DNA of 59,493 nt, the filler included. It is 5 parts of 5 records of this genome, joined end to end, with 100 filler letters (N's around TTAATTAATTAA, not from the genome) between each part and the next. Parts side by side here need not be neighbours in the genome. Positions count along the whole stretch, not along the records: positions 5,432 to 14,871 come from DRR723986_31581; positions 14,972 to 43,807 come from DRR723986_31608; 3 more parts are not named here. One strand, written 5' to 3'. Below are positions 8,341-16,929 of the stretch, in pieces; within the stretch, counting starts at the first letter, position 1; each line of letters starts with the position of its first letter. The position numbers were made by a program, and so were the translations under genes. A model generated the notes under the pieces. That model worked only from the letters and a program-made list of their open reading frames with translations. It did not search any database and had not been told where the DNA came from.

Positions 8341-10581
8341 ATGTTTTCTCACTTTGAAAAACACTTAAAGACGCTGCCACTGGCTGTTGCCTGTGCCTGC
8401 GCACCCCACACTGTGTCGGCGCAAACTCTGGAGGAGGTTGTCGTTACAGCGCAAAAGCGCAGCCAGAGCCTGCAGGATGTGCCCATCTCCATCAACGCGG
8501 TATCAGGGGAAAAGCTTAATGAAGCGGGGATAACCCGTATCTCTGACTTACAGGTGTACGTACCCAACCTCAGTATGAGCGAAGCCGCTATCGGCTCGAA
8601 CATTTACATTCGCGGCGTAGGATCCCAGGTCAACCAGGGTTTTGAGCAGTCAGTTGGAACCTATGTAGACGGTATCTACTTTGGCCGCCCGCGCCAGCTC
8701 AGGGCGCCGTTTTTCGATCTTGAGCGGGTTGAAGTGTTGCGGGGCCCGCAGAGTATCCTGTTTGGCAAGAATTCTATTGCAGGCGCGCTCAACCTGGTCA
8801 CTGCGAAGCCAACGGACGAGTTTGAAGGCAGTGTTTCTGCACTGTACGAGCCTGATCACGGCGAGATTGATACCAGCATAATTCTCTCTGGCCCGCTGAC
8901 TGATAACGTAGCTGGCCGGCTCGCGGTTCGCTATCGTGAAATGGACGGCTTTATCGAAAATGTGGCGAAAGACAGCGACGAGATGGAGACAGACGAAACC
9001 CTGATTCGCGGTGCCCTGCGCTGGGATGCAACCGACAACCTGATGGTAGACCTGAAGGTGGAGACGGGTGAGTTTAATTCAGAAGGCCGTAACTCCATTA
9101 TTATCGGCAGCCCGGCGCCGGGTGGTGCCACGCCGGTAGTGGGTGACTTCACTCGCAAGGCGACACTGGACCCAGAGTTCAGCGACAACAATTACGACAA
9201 CGCGACACTCACCCTGAATTACCAGATGGGAGAGTATGAGCTGGTGTCGACGACGGGATGGTCGGCTTACGACTACGACGAGGAAGTGGATACTGATTTT
9301 GGCGTGGGCAGTACGGTCCAGTCACCGGCAGAGGAAGACTTCGAGCAGTTCAGCCAGGAACTTAGGCTGGTTTCGCCGCAGGGGCAAACCTTTGAGCACA
9401 TTCTTGGTGTGTTCTACCAGACCTCTGAAACCGACTATTCTGAGCCAGCGCAGTTGAACCTGCCTGCGGTTGCCGTGGAAATCGACCGCGACTTCTTCTC
9501 TGACAGTGACCTGTGGGCGGTATTTGGCCAAAGCACCTGGAACATCTCCACTAACTTCCGCGCTACGCTGGGTTTGCGCTACACCGTTGAAGACAAGGAC
9601 GGCGGTCGCAGACTGGCTCTGCGCAATCCCGATGGCAGCATATTCAACCCGCTGAACATGCCTGAGTTTGCTGAGCTGGGCATGCCGCTGCCCGGCCTGG
9701 GTATTACCCCGCACGACTTGAGCGGCAAGCGCGATGAAGAAGTGGTGACCCCACTGCTAAACGTGCAGTGGGACGCAGCAGACGATGCCATGCTCTATGC
9801 CAGTGTTTCCACAGGCTATAAAGCGGGCGGGTTCGATGCTCGCAGTAATAGAGCCACTTTCCCCGACGGCGGCCCGGCGTTGGAATTCGAAGAGGAAGAA
9901 GCACTTTCGATGGAGATCGGCGCCAAGCTGGGGTTGCTCGACAACGCGGCGGAACTGAATATCGCCGTGTTCCGCACTGAGTACGATGACCTGCAGGTGA
10001 GTGTATTTGACGGTATTCTGGGATTCGATGTGCAGAATGCGGCATCGGCGACCACCCAGGGCATAGAAATGGATGGACGCTGGCAGGTAACCGACAAACT
10101 GCGGCTGACCGGCGCCATGGCCTACACCGACTTTGAGTTTGATGACTACGAGAATGGTGCGTGTTACAAAGGGCAAACGCCCAGCCAGGTGGTTGGGGGT
10201 GTTCCCTTCTGTGACTGGACGGGCAACACGAATCAGTTTACGCCGGAGTTCAGCGGCACACTGGGCATTAACTTTGTGCAACCGGTGCTGGACAATCTGG
10301 AACTGAGGACGGCAGTAGATTTTATCTACTCTGATGAGTATTTCGCAGCACCTGACCTGGACCCGCAAGCAGTGCAGGACAGCTATGTGAAATTGAATGC
10401 GCGCATTGCTCTTGGACACGTAGACGGTGTTTGGGAAGTCGCATTGGTGGGCAAGAACCTTACCGATGAAGAAATCATCACCTTCGCAAACGACGTGCCG
10501 CTCACTGGGTCTGTAACGAGTTACTTTGCCTTCGTGGAGCGCCCACGTACTGTCGCGGTGCAGGCAACTTATAACTTTTAA
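8341..10581 (+). CDS. TonB-dependent receptor
   Basis: Signal peptide, LEEVVVTAQKR TonB box region, ERVEVLRGPQSILFG plug motif, C-terminal ATYNF. Alternative start at 8323. Confidence 0.93.
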   Translation: MFSHFEKHLKTLPLAVACACAPHTVSAQTLEEVVVTAQKRSQSLQDVPISINAVSGEKLNEAGITRISDLQVYVPNLSMSEAAIGSNIYIRGVGSQVNQGFEQSVGTYVDGIYFGRPRQLRAPFFDLERVEVLRGPQSILFGKNSIAGALNLVTAKPTDEFEGSVSALYEPDHGEIDTSIILSGPLTDNVAGRLAVRYREMDGFIENVAKDSDEMETDETLIRGALRWDATDNLMVDLKVETGEFNSEGRNSIIIGSPAPGGATPVVGDFTRKATLDPEFSDNNYDNATLTLNYQMGEYELVSTTGWSAYDYDEEVDTDFGVGSTVQSPAEEDFEQFSQELRLVSPQGQTFEHILGVFYQTSETDYSEPAQLNLPAVAVEIDRDFFSDSDLWAVFGQSTWNISTNFRATLGLRYTVEDKDGGRRLALRNPDGSIFNPLNMPEFAELGMPLPGLGITPHDLSGKRDEEVVTPLLNVQWDAADDAMLYASVSTGYKAGGFDARSNRATFPDGGPALEFEEEEALSMEIGAKLGLLDNAAELNIAVFRTEYDDLQVSVFDGILGFDVQNAASATTQGIEMDGRWQVTDKLRLTGAMAYTDFEFDDYENGACYKGQTPSQVVGGVPFCDWTGNTNQFTPEFSGTLGINFVQPVLDNLELRTAVDFIYSDEYFAAPDLDPQAVQDSYVKLNARIALGHVDGVWEVALVGKNLTDEEIITFANDVPLTGSVTSYFAFVERPRTVAVQATYNF

Positions 10582-10597
10582 TAAAAACGGGTTGTAA

Positions 10598-12751
10598 ATG
10601 GCTTTGTCAGACAGCAGGTTTTCCGGGTACAGGCTCACTTCTTTGGTGGCCGTTCTTACACTTTGCGTTGCATGCTCAAACGAGTCGCGGCAGCCAGAGA
10701 CTGAGCAGGGTTCCTCACCGGAAGCCGGGCTTGGCCAGATAGACAGTAGCCGCCTGCTGGCTGCCGACAAGCAGCCCGGCAACTGGATGAGCCACGGGCG
10801 TACCTACAGCGAACAGCGTTTTAGCCCCCTGGGTGAGCTGGATACGGAAAACGTGGTCGAGCTTGGCCTCGCATGGTATTTCGATCTGCCGGATGATCGC
10901 GGCATTGAGGCCACGCCCATTGTTGTTGATGGCGTGATGTACGTTACCGGCGCCTGGAGCAAGATGTTCGCACTGGATGCTGCAACCGGTGAGTTGCTCT
11001 GGAATTACGACCCCGAGGTCCCGCCTGCCTGGGCGTCTAACCTTTGCTGTGATGTCGTCAATCGTGGCGTTGCTGTATGGAAAGGCGTGGTGATTTCCGG
11101 CACGCTGGACGGGCGTTTGCTGGGGCTTGATGCGACATCCGGTGAACTGCTCTGGGAGACCCGCACCACACCCCAGGACCGGCCCTACTCCATTACCGGC
11201 GCGCCGCGCGTTATCAAAGACCGCGTCATTATCGGTAATGGCGGGGCTGAGCTGGGTGTTCGCGGCTATGTGTCTGCTTATGACTATCGCACTGGCGAGA
11301 TGCTCTGGCGGTTCTACACGGTGCCGGGCAATCCCGCAGAGCCGCTAGAGCATCCGGCTCTGGAGATCGCTGTTGATACCTGGAAAGGTGGCGAATGGTG
11401 GAACGTTGGCGGTGGGGGTACCGTGTGGGACTCCATGGCTTACGATGCCGAGGCAGACCTGCTGTACATAGGCACCGGGAACGGTTCGCCCTGGAATCGC
11501 AGTATTCGCAGCCCCGGCGGTGGCGACAACCTGTTCCTGTCTTCTATCGTAGCGCTGCGGCCGGAGACCGGGGAATACGTTTGGCACTATCAAACCACGC
11601 CGGGCGAGAGCTGGGACTACACCGCCACGCAGCACATGATCCTCGCCGAATTGCCCTGGAAGGGTGAACAGCGCAAGGTCATAATGCAGGCACCCAAGAA
11701 TGGGTTTTTCTATTTGATCGACCGGCTGACAGGTGAGCTGCTGTCTGCAGAGCCTTATACGAAAGTAAGTTGGGCCGAGAAAGTGGACCTTGCTACCGGG
11801 CGCCCGGTGGAAAATCCTGAGGCACGTTATGAGAATGGTGCCGCAGCACTGGTTTGGCCGCACCCACTGGGAGGGCACAATTGGCACCCCATGAGCTACA
11901 GCCCTGAAACGGGGCTTGTTTATATCCCCGCGCAGGAAATTCCGATGAACTACTCGCATGATGCGGAGTTTGATTATCGGCCCGGGGCGTGGAATACGGG
12001 CGTGCTGCTGGAGGAGGCCGGTATGCCCGATGACGTCGAAATTCGCGAGGAATTTGGCAAACTGGTGAGAGGACATGTCAGCGCCTGGGATCCGGTTGCC
12101 GAGCGCGAGGTATGGCGGATCCAGCACGATAATGTGTGGAACGGTGGCCTGCTCTCAACGGCCGGGAATCTGCTGTTCCAGGGCAATGCAGAGGGAGAGC
12201 TCGTGGCCTACCGGGCTACGGACGGTGAGCGCCTGTGGGGTTTTCCCGCACAGACCGGCATCGTGGCGGCGCCCATCAGTTATCAGGCGGGTGACGAGCA
12301 GTTTGTGACCGTTGCCGCAGGCTGGGGTGGCGCCTTCGCCCTTGCGACTGGCGAGCTTGCAGCGCGCAGTGCGGGTTCGGTAACGCGGGCACGCATTCTG
12401 GCATTCCGGGCGGGTGCTAATGGCGAGTTGCCTGCCATAGCGGATGTTGAAGCTTCTGACTCTCCGGCAGAGCCTGTGGCGGGGGATCCCGACAGTGTAG
12501 AGCGCGGACGTGTGCTGTTCATGCGCAACTGTCATATGTGTCATGGCGACAGGGCGGTTTCAGGCAGCAACGTGCCCGATCTGCGGCATATGTCAGACCA
12601 GACAATCGCAGAGTTCAGTGGCATCGTGCTGGGCGGTTTACGCCATCAGGGCGGTATGCCCGGCTTTGCGCAGCGACTTGACCAGGCCAACGCGACAGAC
12701 CTGTTGGCCTACCTGCGAAACATTGCGGAAGGGCCGGAATCAGCGCAGTAG
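10598..12751 (+). CDS. Type II quinohemoprotein PQQ-dependent alcohol dehydrogenase (PQQ domain + cytochrome c), probable lipoprotein
   Basis: Vicinal disulfide LCCDVVNRG, Trp-docking repeats, GGGTVWD, WDYTATQH, C-terminal CHMCH haem motif; lipobox-like LCVA-C26. Confidence 0.92.
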   Translation: MALSDSRFSGYRLTSLVAVLTLCVACSNESRQPETEQGSSPEAGLGQIDSSRLLAADKQPGNWMSHGRTYSEQRFSPLGELDTENVVELGLAWYFDLPDDRGIEATPIVVDGVMYVTGAWSKMFALDAATGELLWNYDPEVPPAWASNLCCDVVNRGVAVWKGVVISGTLDGRLLGLDATSGELLWETRTTPQDRPYSITGAPRVIKDRVIIGNGGAELGVRGYVSAYDYRTGEMLWRFYTVPGNPAEPLEHPALEIAVDTWKGGEWWNVGGGGTVWDSMAYDAEADLLYIGTGNGSPWNRSIRSPGGGDNLFLSSIVALRPETGEYVWHYQTTPGESWDYTATQHMILAELPWKGEQRKVIMQAPKNGFFYLIDRLTGELLSAEPYTKVSWAEKVDLATGRPVENPEARYENGAAALVWPHPLGGHNWHPMSYSPETGLVYIPAQEIPMNYSHDAEFDYRPGAWNTGVLLEEAGMPDDVEIREEFGKLVRGHVSAWDPVAEREVWRIQHDNVWNGGLLSTAGNLLFQGNAEGELVAYRATDGERLWGFPAQTGIVAAPISYQAGDEQFVTVAAGWGGAFALATGELAARSAGSVTRARILAFRAGANGELPAIADVEASDSPAEPVAGDPDSVERGRVLFMRNCHMCHGDRAVSGSNVPDLRHMSDQTIAEFSGIVLGGLRHQGGMPGFAQRLDQANATDLLAYLRNIAEGPESAQ

Positions 12752-12752
12752 C

Positions 12753-13685
12753 TCAGCGAGCTGGTTCGTCGTCGGCCAAAAGCTGTTCGATCAGTGCGTC
12801 AGCGGCCGGCGGCATTGTGGTGCCACGCAGGTAGACAATGCCCGGGCGTACCAGAATGTCGTTAAACCCCGCGAAGTCGAGCTTCACCAGCTGGCCGCCC
12901 TGAATACTGTCTTGCAAGATACGCTCGGGTCCACAGGTGATGAATTCTGAATGCAGCACGGCCTTGCGCAACAGACTGAAGTCTTCACTCTGGATTCGGC
13001 AGGCCTTGGCGATGAAAACGTCGGCGTCCATGCCCGCCGGCGTATTATTTCGCAGCCACTCCACCCAGCGCCACGGTAGCGACGGTGACGCCATGGGATA
13101 GCGCAGTAAGTCTGCCGCTTCAACGTAGCCTTTTTCCACAAGCGGGTGACCCGGGCGACAGGCGGCAATAGACCGAATCGGTGCTAGATGCTGTATTTCC
13201 AGATCATCCTGCTCTTCCACCCCACCAATATCGGCCACCATGAGGTGCAGGCTGCCGGAGCGAACCTGCTGTAGCAGCCCGGCCCAGCTGTCGATATCTA
13301 CCCGAATACTCAGCTCGGGATGTATTGAAACCAGGCGTGCTACGGCATCGCCCATGGGGCCGCGCGACACAATAGGACCGCTACCCACGCGAAGCTCTCC
13401 GCGCAGGCTGTCAGATAATGCGTCGAGGCTATGATGAATCTCCTCCAACTCCTGCATTACGCGTTCAGCGTGCTCCAGTAGCACCTCACAATGGGGTGTA
13501 GGGTCCACGCTCTGTGACTTGCGATCAAACAAGATAACCCCGAGCTGTTCCTCGAGATTCTTTATGCTCTTGGTGAGAGCCGGTTGCGTTATGAATAAGG
13601 CCTCGGCGGCTTTGCGGAAGCTGCGGTGCCTCGCCAGCATGAGCACGTGGCGCAAGTGCCGGGTATCAATAGGGTGCATAGCCAT
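12753..13685 (-). CDS. LysR-family transcriptional regulator
   Basis: SFRKAAEALFITQPALTKSIKNLEEQLGVILFDR HTH and a LysR substrate-binding domain. Confidence 0.93.
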   Translation of the reverse strand: MAMHPIDTRHLRHVLMLARHRSFRKAAEALFITQPALTKSIKNLEEQLGVILFDRKSQSVDPTPHCEVLLEHAERVMQELEEIHHSLDALSDSLRGELRVGSGPIVSRGPMGDAVARLVSIHPELSIRVDIDSWAGLLQQVRSGSLHLMVADIGGVEEQDDLEIQHLAPIRSIAACRPGHPLVEKGYVEAADLLRYPMASPSLPWRWVEWLRNNTPAGMDADVFIAKACRIQSEDFSLLRKAVLHSEFITCGPERILQDSIQGGQLVKLDFAGFNDILVRPGIVYLRGTTMPPAADALIEQLLADDEPAR

Positions 13686-13982
13686 TCTGTCTGCTCGCCG
13701 ATTATTTTTTTGTATAAGTCTTTATTGCGCTCATTATAGCGATATTCGCACCGATTTACCCTGCCTCCCGATTTTGGTGTGAAATTGGGCTCCCTCGTGA
13801 TCGGGGTCTAAGTTTAAGAAGTATTAAGGGATTGTTGTGAGCAAATTTTCTCCTGCGATCTAGTTGCTGAACCGGAAAGGTTCACAATCTTTTCGTGTTC
13901 TTGCTCGTAATCGTGATTACCTGTGCGGCACTGCACATCAAATCTGCTCGTTCCTGAGGTGAGGCAACGGAGGCAAGCGCAC

Positions 13983-14396
13983 CTATGCCTGTAGCCAGTT
14001 CTCCACTTTCAGTCCCGGCACCCGGGAGAACTCCCCCACATTGGCGGTGATAACTGTGAGGTCACTTGCGAGTGCATGTGCTGCAATCAGTAGATCATTT
14101 GGCCCAATGGGTGTTCCCTGGCGCGTGAGGTGATGGCGCAATGATGCGTACTGGTGGTCGGCGGGTGTTTCCAGTGGCAGGATTTCCAGTGCAGAGAGGA
14201 TCATGTCAATGCGGTCTGCAAGTTTTGCAGAGTTTGACTTGATTGCACCATAGCGGAGTTCCGAGGCTACAATGATGCTGGTGCAGACAGTATCCTCGCC
14301 TACTTTGGTGATCTGTGCAGCTACCACGCCTTGCGGATTGCGAACAAGATCGGACAGGATGTTGGTATCCAGCAAGTACGCTAGGGATCCGCTCAT
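13983..14396 (-). CDS. vapC: Type II toxin VapC (PIN-domain ribonuclease)
   Basis: YLLDTNILS, ASELRYG, IGPNDLLIAAHA and ITANVGEF PIN motifs; ATGA overlap with the antitoxin. Confidence 0.93.
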   Translation of the reverse strand: MSGSLAYLLDTNILSDLVRNPQGVVAAQITKVGEDTVCTSIIVASELRYGAIKSNSAKLADRIDMILSALEILPLETPADHQYASLRHHLTRQGTPIGPNDLLIAAHALASDLTVITANVGEFSRVPGLKVENWLQA

Positions 14397-14635
14397 AGCT
14401 GCACGTCATCCAGTGGAGGCAGGTCATCGTCGATATCGGGAAAGGGCTCGGGCAAGGGGTCCAGAGAGGCCAGCAGCGCCAGCAGCCTGCCTTTACGGAT
14501 CGGCTCCACAATCAGCCGGTCGCCTTCCTTGTGGATGAGTGCCTCCTCACCCTCCAACTCGAACTCGCGAGGAATGCGTAGGGCTTGGTTGCGCCCATTG
14601 CGAAAGAGGCGGACGTGGCGTTCAGAAGTTGACAT
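14393..14635 (-). CDS. vapB: Antitoxin VapB (AbrB/MazE/SpoVT DNA-binding fold)
   Basis: VRLFRNGRNQALRIPREFEL...LIVEP with an acidic C-terminus; GAGGA RBS before ATG 14635. Confidence 0.9.
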   Translation of the reverse strand: MSTSERHVRLFRNGRNQALRIPREFELEGEEALIHKEGDRLIVEPIRKGRLLALLASLDPLPEPFPDIDDDLPPLDDVQL

Positions 14636-14657
14636 TCGAGTATCCTCTGGTTCATAC

Positions 14658-14698
14658 GGCATATGCCATAGCATATGCCTGTAGGTCCAGTAAGTCAA
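14658..14698 (-). promoter_or_regulatory. vapBC sigma70 promoter with overlapping palindromic operator
   Basis: Minus strand TTGACT-17 nt-TATGCT. GGCATATGCC-ATA-GCATATGC palindromes (14658-14678) cover the -10. Confidence 0.65.
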
Positions 14699-14722
14699 CC
14701 GAGACCAGGTAGGCCATGTGTG

Positions 14723-14743
14723 CATGGGACCACCATGGGACCA
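14723..14743 (+). repeat. Direct repeat CATGGGACCA x2, candidate integrase arm-type sites
   Basis: Two perfect 10-bp copies 1 bp apart, about 100 bp inside the tRNA 3' fragment. Confidence 0.5.
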
Positions 14744-14843
14744 TCCTCACGCCTTCTGATGCCCTCAAATGCCGGGCCCATTTTTTAACTCTCTGATTTA
14801 GAGGGCATTAAGGGGCATGGCGAGGCGTAAAATAGCATGGCTC

Positions 14844-14870
14844 AGGGTTCGAATCCCTCGCTCTCCGCCA
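14844..14870 (+). mobile_element. tRNA-Ser 3' fragment, att core of an integrative element
   Basis: AGGGTTCGAATCCCTCGCTCTCCGCCA gives the T-arm, 3' acceptor strand, G discriminator and CCA. There is no matching 5' half (GGAGAG...) upstream. Confidence 0.7.
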
Positions 14871-14871
14871 T

Positions 14872-14971
14872 NNNNNNNNNNNNNNNNNNNNNNNNNNNNN
14901 NNNNNNNNNNNNNNNTTAATTAATTAANNNNNNNNNNNNNNNNNNNNNNNNNNNNNNNNNNNNNNNNNNNN
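14872..14971. other. Artificial contig spacer
   Basis: 44 N + TTAATTAATTAA + 44 N. Confidence 0.98.
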
Positions 14972-14998
14972 GCGATAACCGGGCTACGCTACACCCCG
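14972..14998 (-). tRNA. tRNA-Pro, 5' part only (truncated by contig end)
   Basis: Reverse complement CGGGGTGTAGCGTAGCCCGGTTATCGC is a typical tRNA-Pro 5' end and D-arm; the anticodon is not in the window. Confidence 0.7.
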
Positions 14999-15017
14999 AA
15001 TATTGGTTATCATTTTG

Positions 15018-15101
15018 CGGAGAGACCGGGATTCGAACCCGGGCAACACTTACGCGTTGACAGATTAGCAATCTGCTCCATTACCACTCTGGCACCTCTC
15101 C
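15018..15101 (-). tRNA. tRNA-Ser(GCT)
   Basis: GGAGAGGTGCCAGAGTGGTAATGGAGCAGATT-GCT-AATCTGTC, long variable arm, CCGGGTTCGAATCCCGGTCTCTCCG. Confidence 0.95.
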
Positions 15102-15135
15102 TTAATTTAAAGAACGTTTCTTAAAATTGCGGATG

Positions 15136-15143
15136 CAAATGTA
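15136..15143 (-). promoter_or_regulatory. Bacteroidetes -7 promoter element for the tRNA operon
   Basis: TACATTTG matches TAnnTTTG, about 35 nt upstream of tRNA-Ser. Confidence 0.6.
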
Positions 15144-15242
15144 ACTTTTCATATTAAAGAACGCAACAATTTTTTTGAGTTTTTTACATCTATTTTCATA
15201 ATGCTTTGAAAGACTTAATTATATGATTACATTTATTTTAAT

Positions 15243-15836
15243 ATGTCAAAGTATTCAAAAGATAGAGCCTTTACCGACTATGTGCATCAAATTCTGGCAA
15301 TCCCGCTAATTTATAAACCACTAAATTGGACTGAAGTGCAGCTTCGTAAGGATTATGCCAATTACATTGACATGATGGATAGTATTGATTATGTATATAG
15401 AAATGGTCACAACATAATGAGCGTTTAGGAGCGTTTTAGGGAAAAACAATACCAATCTTATAATGATTTTACTATTAGATATAGACGGGATTCAAACAAA
15501 GTTATAGATCGTCATGAATCGGAATATTATAAGATGAAGGCTCATTATTTTACTTATGGAAATATTGACAGTTCTAAAGAAGAAATAGAAAAAAGTATAA
15601 CCTTCCTCAAATATACGATTATAGACTTAAAAAAAGTGTATGAAAAATTGGATTCTCAACAAATTGTGATTTCTGATAATAACAAAAATAAATGTAAAAT
15701 TGTAGATGGTAATCGCATTGAATGTCCAGTGAAGTATAACTCTGATGGTTCATCTTCCTTTTTTCCAATAGATATTTCATTCCTTGTGAAATTGTGGGGA
15801 AATGAAATGCTTGTAACGCAAAAAGGGTTTTTATAA
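15243..15836 (+). pseudogene. Single ~197-codon gene interrupted by an in-frame TAG (15426-15428); putative PD-(D/E)xK nuclease-like protein
   Basis: ORFs 15243-15428 and 15534-15836 share a frame and the sequence between them is open: ...SIDYVYRNGHNIMSV*ERFREKQYQSYNDFTIRYRRD...SEYYKMKAHYFTYG. Confidence 0.65.
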
Positions 15837-15891
15837 TTTTAACTAAACCTTACCAATAGTTTTGTATCTTTTTTAATAGCTTCGTTATGCT

Positions 15892-16929
15892 ATGTCCAAG
15901 GAAAACCAACTCATAAAATTTACTAAAAAAGGCATTTACTGTCCACAAGGAAAATTCTATTTAGATCCTTGGTTTCCTGTCGAATACGCTATTATTTCCC
16001 ATGGACACGCAGATCATGCGCGTTGGGGAATGAAACGTTATTTGTGTACAGATGATTCTAAGGCTATATTAAGACATCGTTTGGGTGCAGATATTAATAT
16101 TGAAAGTATTCCTTATGACACTTCCTTAACTATAAATGGCGTCAACGTTTCTTTTCATCCTGCAGGACATGTCATTGGTTCTGCTCAGATTAGGTTGGAA
16201 TACCAAGGATATGTGGTAGTATTCTCTGGAGATTATAAAACCCAACCTGATTTTATTTCAAAACCATTTGAACCTATCAAATGCCATACATTTATAACAG
16301 AAAGTACATTTGGCTTACCAATATATAATTGGAAATCTGAAAAAGCACTGCAAGATGAACTACAATCTTGGGTCAAGACAAATCAGGAAAATAATAGAAC
16401 ATCCGTATTTTTTGGCTATTCATTAGGAAAGGCCCAACGTTTAATGTCATTACTAGACGGCTGTGACGATATTTATGTGCATCGTGCCATTCATAATTTA
16501 AACAACGCCATTTCTGGTTCAGGGATTCAACTTCCTGATACTAAATTGTGGTCAGCAGACTTAGATAAAAAAACACTTCAAAATAAAATTATTGTTGCAC
16601 CACCAGCCTTATTAGGTTCTCGTATGCTGAAACGTGTTCCAAATGTTGCAACAGCCGTCTGTTCAGGATGGATGCAAATTCGTGGTAATAGACGATGGCA
16701 AGCTGTTGATGCAGGATTTGTAGTTAGTGATCATGCCGATTGGGACGGTTTAATTTCTGCTGTTAAAGCTACTGGAGCAGAACAGGTTTATGTAACACAT
16801 GGTTCTCAAGCAGTATTTTCAAAATATCTTAATGAAATTGGTATAAGAGCAGATGAGCTAGTAACTGAATATGGAGATGAGGCTTTAGCTAAAGCTGAAA
16901 AGGAAACTGAAAATATTGTTACAGAATGA
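15892..16929 (+). CDS. Ligase-associated DNA damage response exonuclease (metallo-beta-lactamase/beta-CASP fold)
   Basis: SHGHADH, AGHVIGSA, SGDYK, ESTFG and SDHADW motifs; first gene of the exo-lig-helicase-PdeM cluster. Confidence 0.9.
   Translation: MSKENQLIKFTKKGIYCPQGKFYLDPWFPVEYAIISHGHADHARWGMKRYLCTDDSKAILRHRLGADINIESIPYDTSLTINGVNVSFHPAGHVIGSAQIRLEYQGYVVVFSGDYKTQPDFISKPFEPIKCHTFITESTFGLPIYNWKSEKALQDELQSWVKTNQENNRTSVFFGYSLGKAQRLMSLLDGCDDIYVHRAIHNLNNAISGSGIQLPDTKLWSADLDKKTLQNKIIVAPPALLGSRMLKRVPNVATAVCSGWMQIRGNRRWQAVDAGFVVSDHADWDGLISAVKATGAEQVYVTHGSQAVFSKYLNEIGIRADELVTEYGDEALAKAEKETENIVTE

Noticed and set aside
10598..12751. Lanthanide-dependent PQQ dehydrogenase
   Set aside because: The active-site segment is WDYTATQH and lacks the extra Asp (D-x-D) of XoxF/ExaF/PedH; this fits a Ca-type quinohemoprotein.
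14790..14870. Complete tRNA gene at the end of contig B
   Set aside because: No 5' acceptor strand, D-arm or anticodon arm upstream; only the 3' 27 nt match.
14844..15101. tRNA-Ser fragment and tRNA-Ser(GCT) as a paired att duplication
   Set aside because: They are on different contigs and taxa, in opposite orientation, and their T-stem sequences differ.
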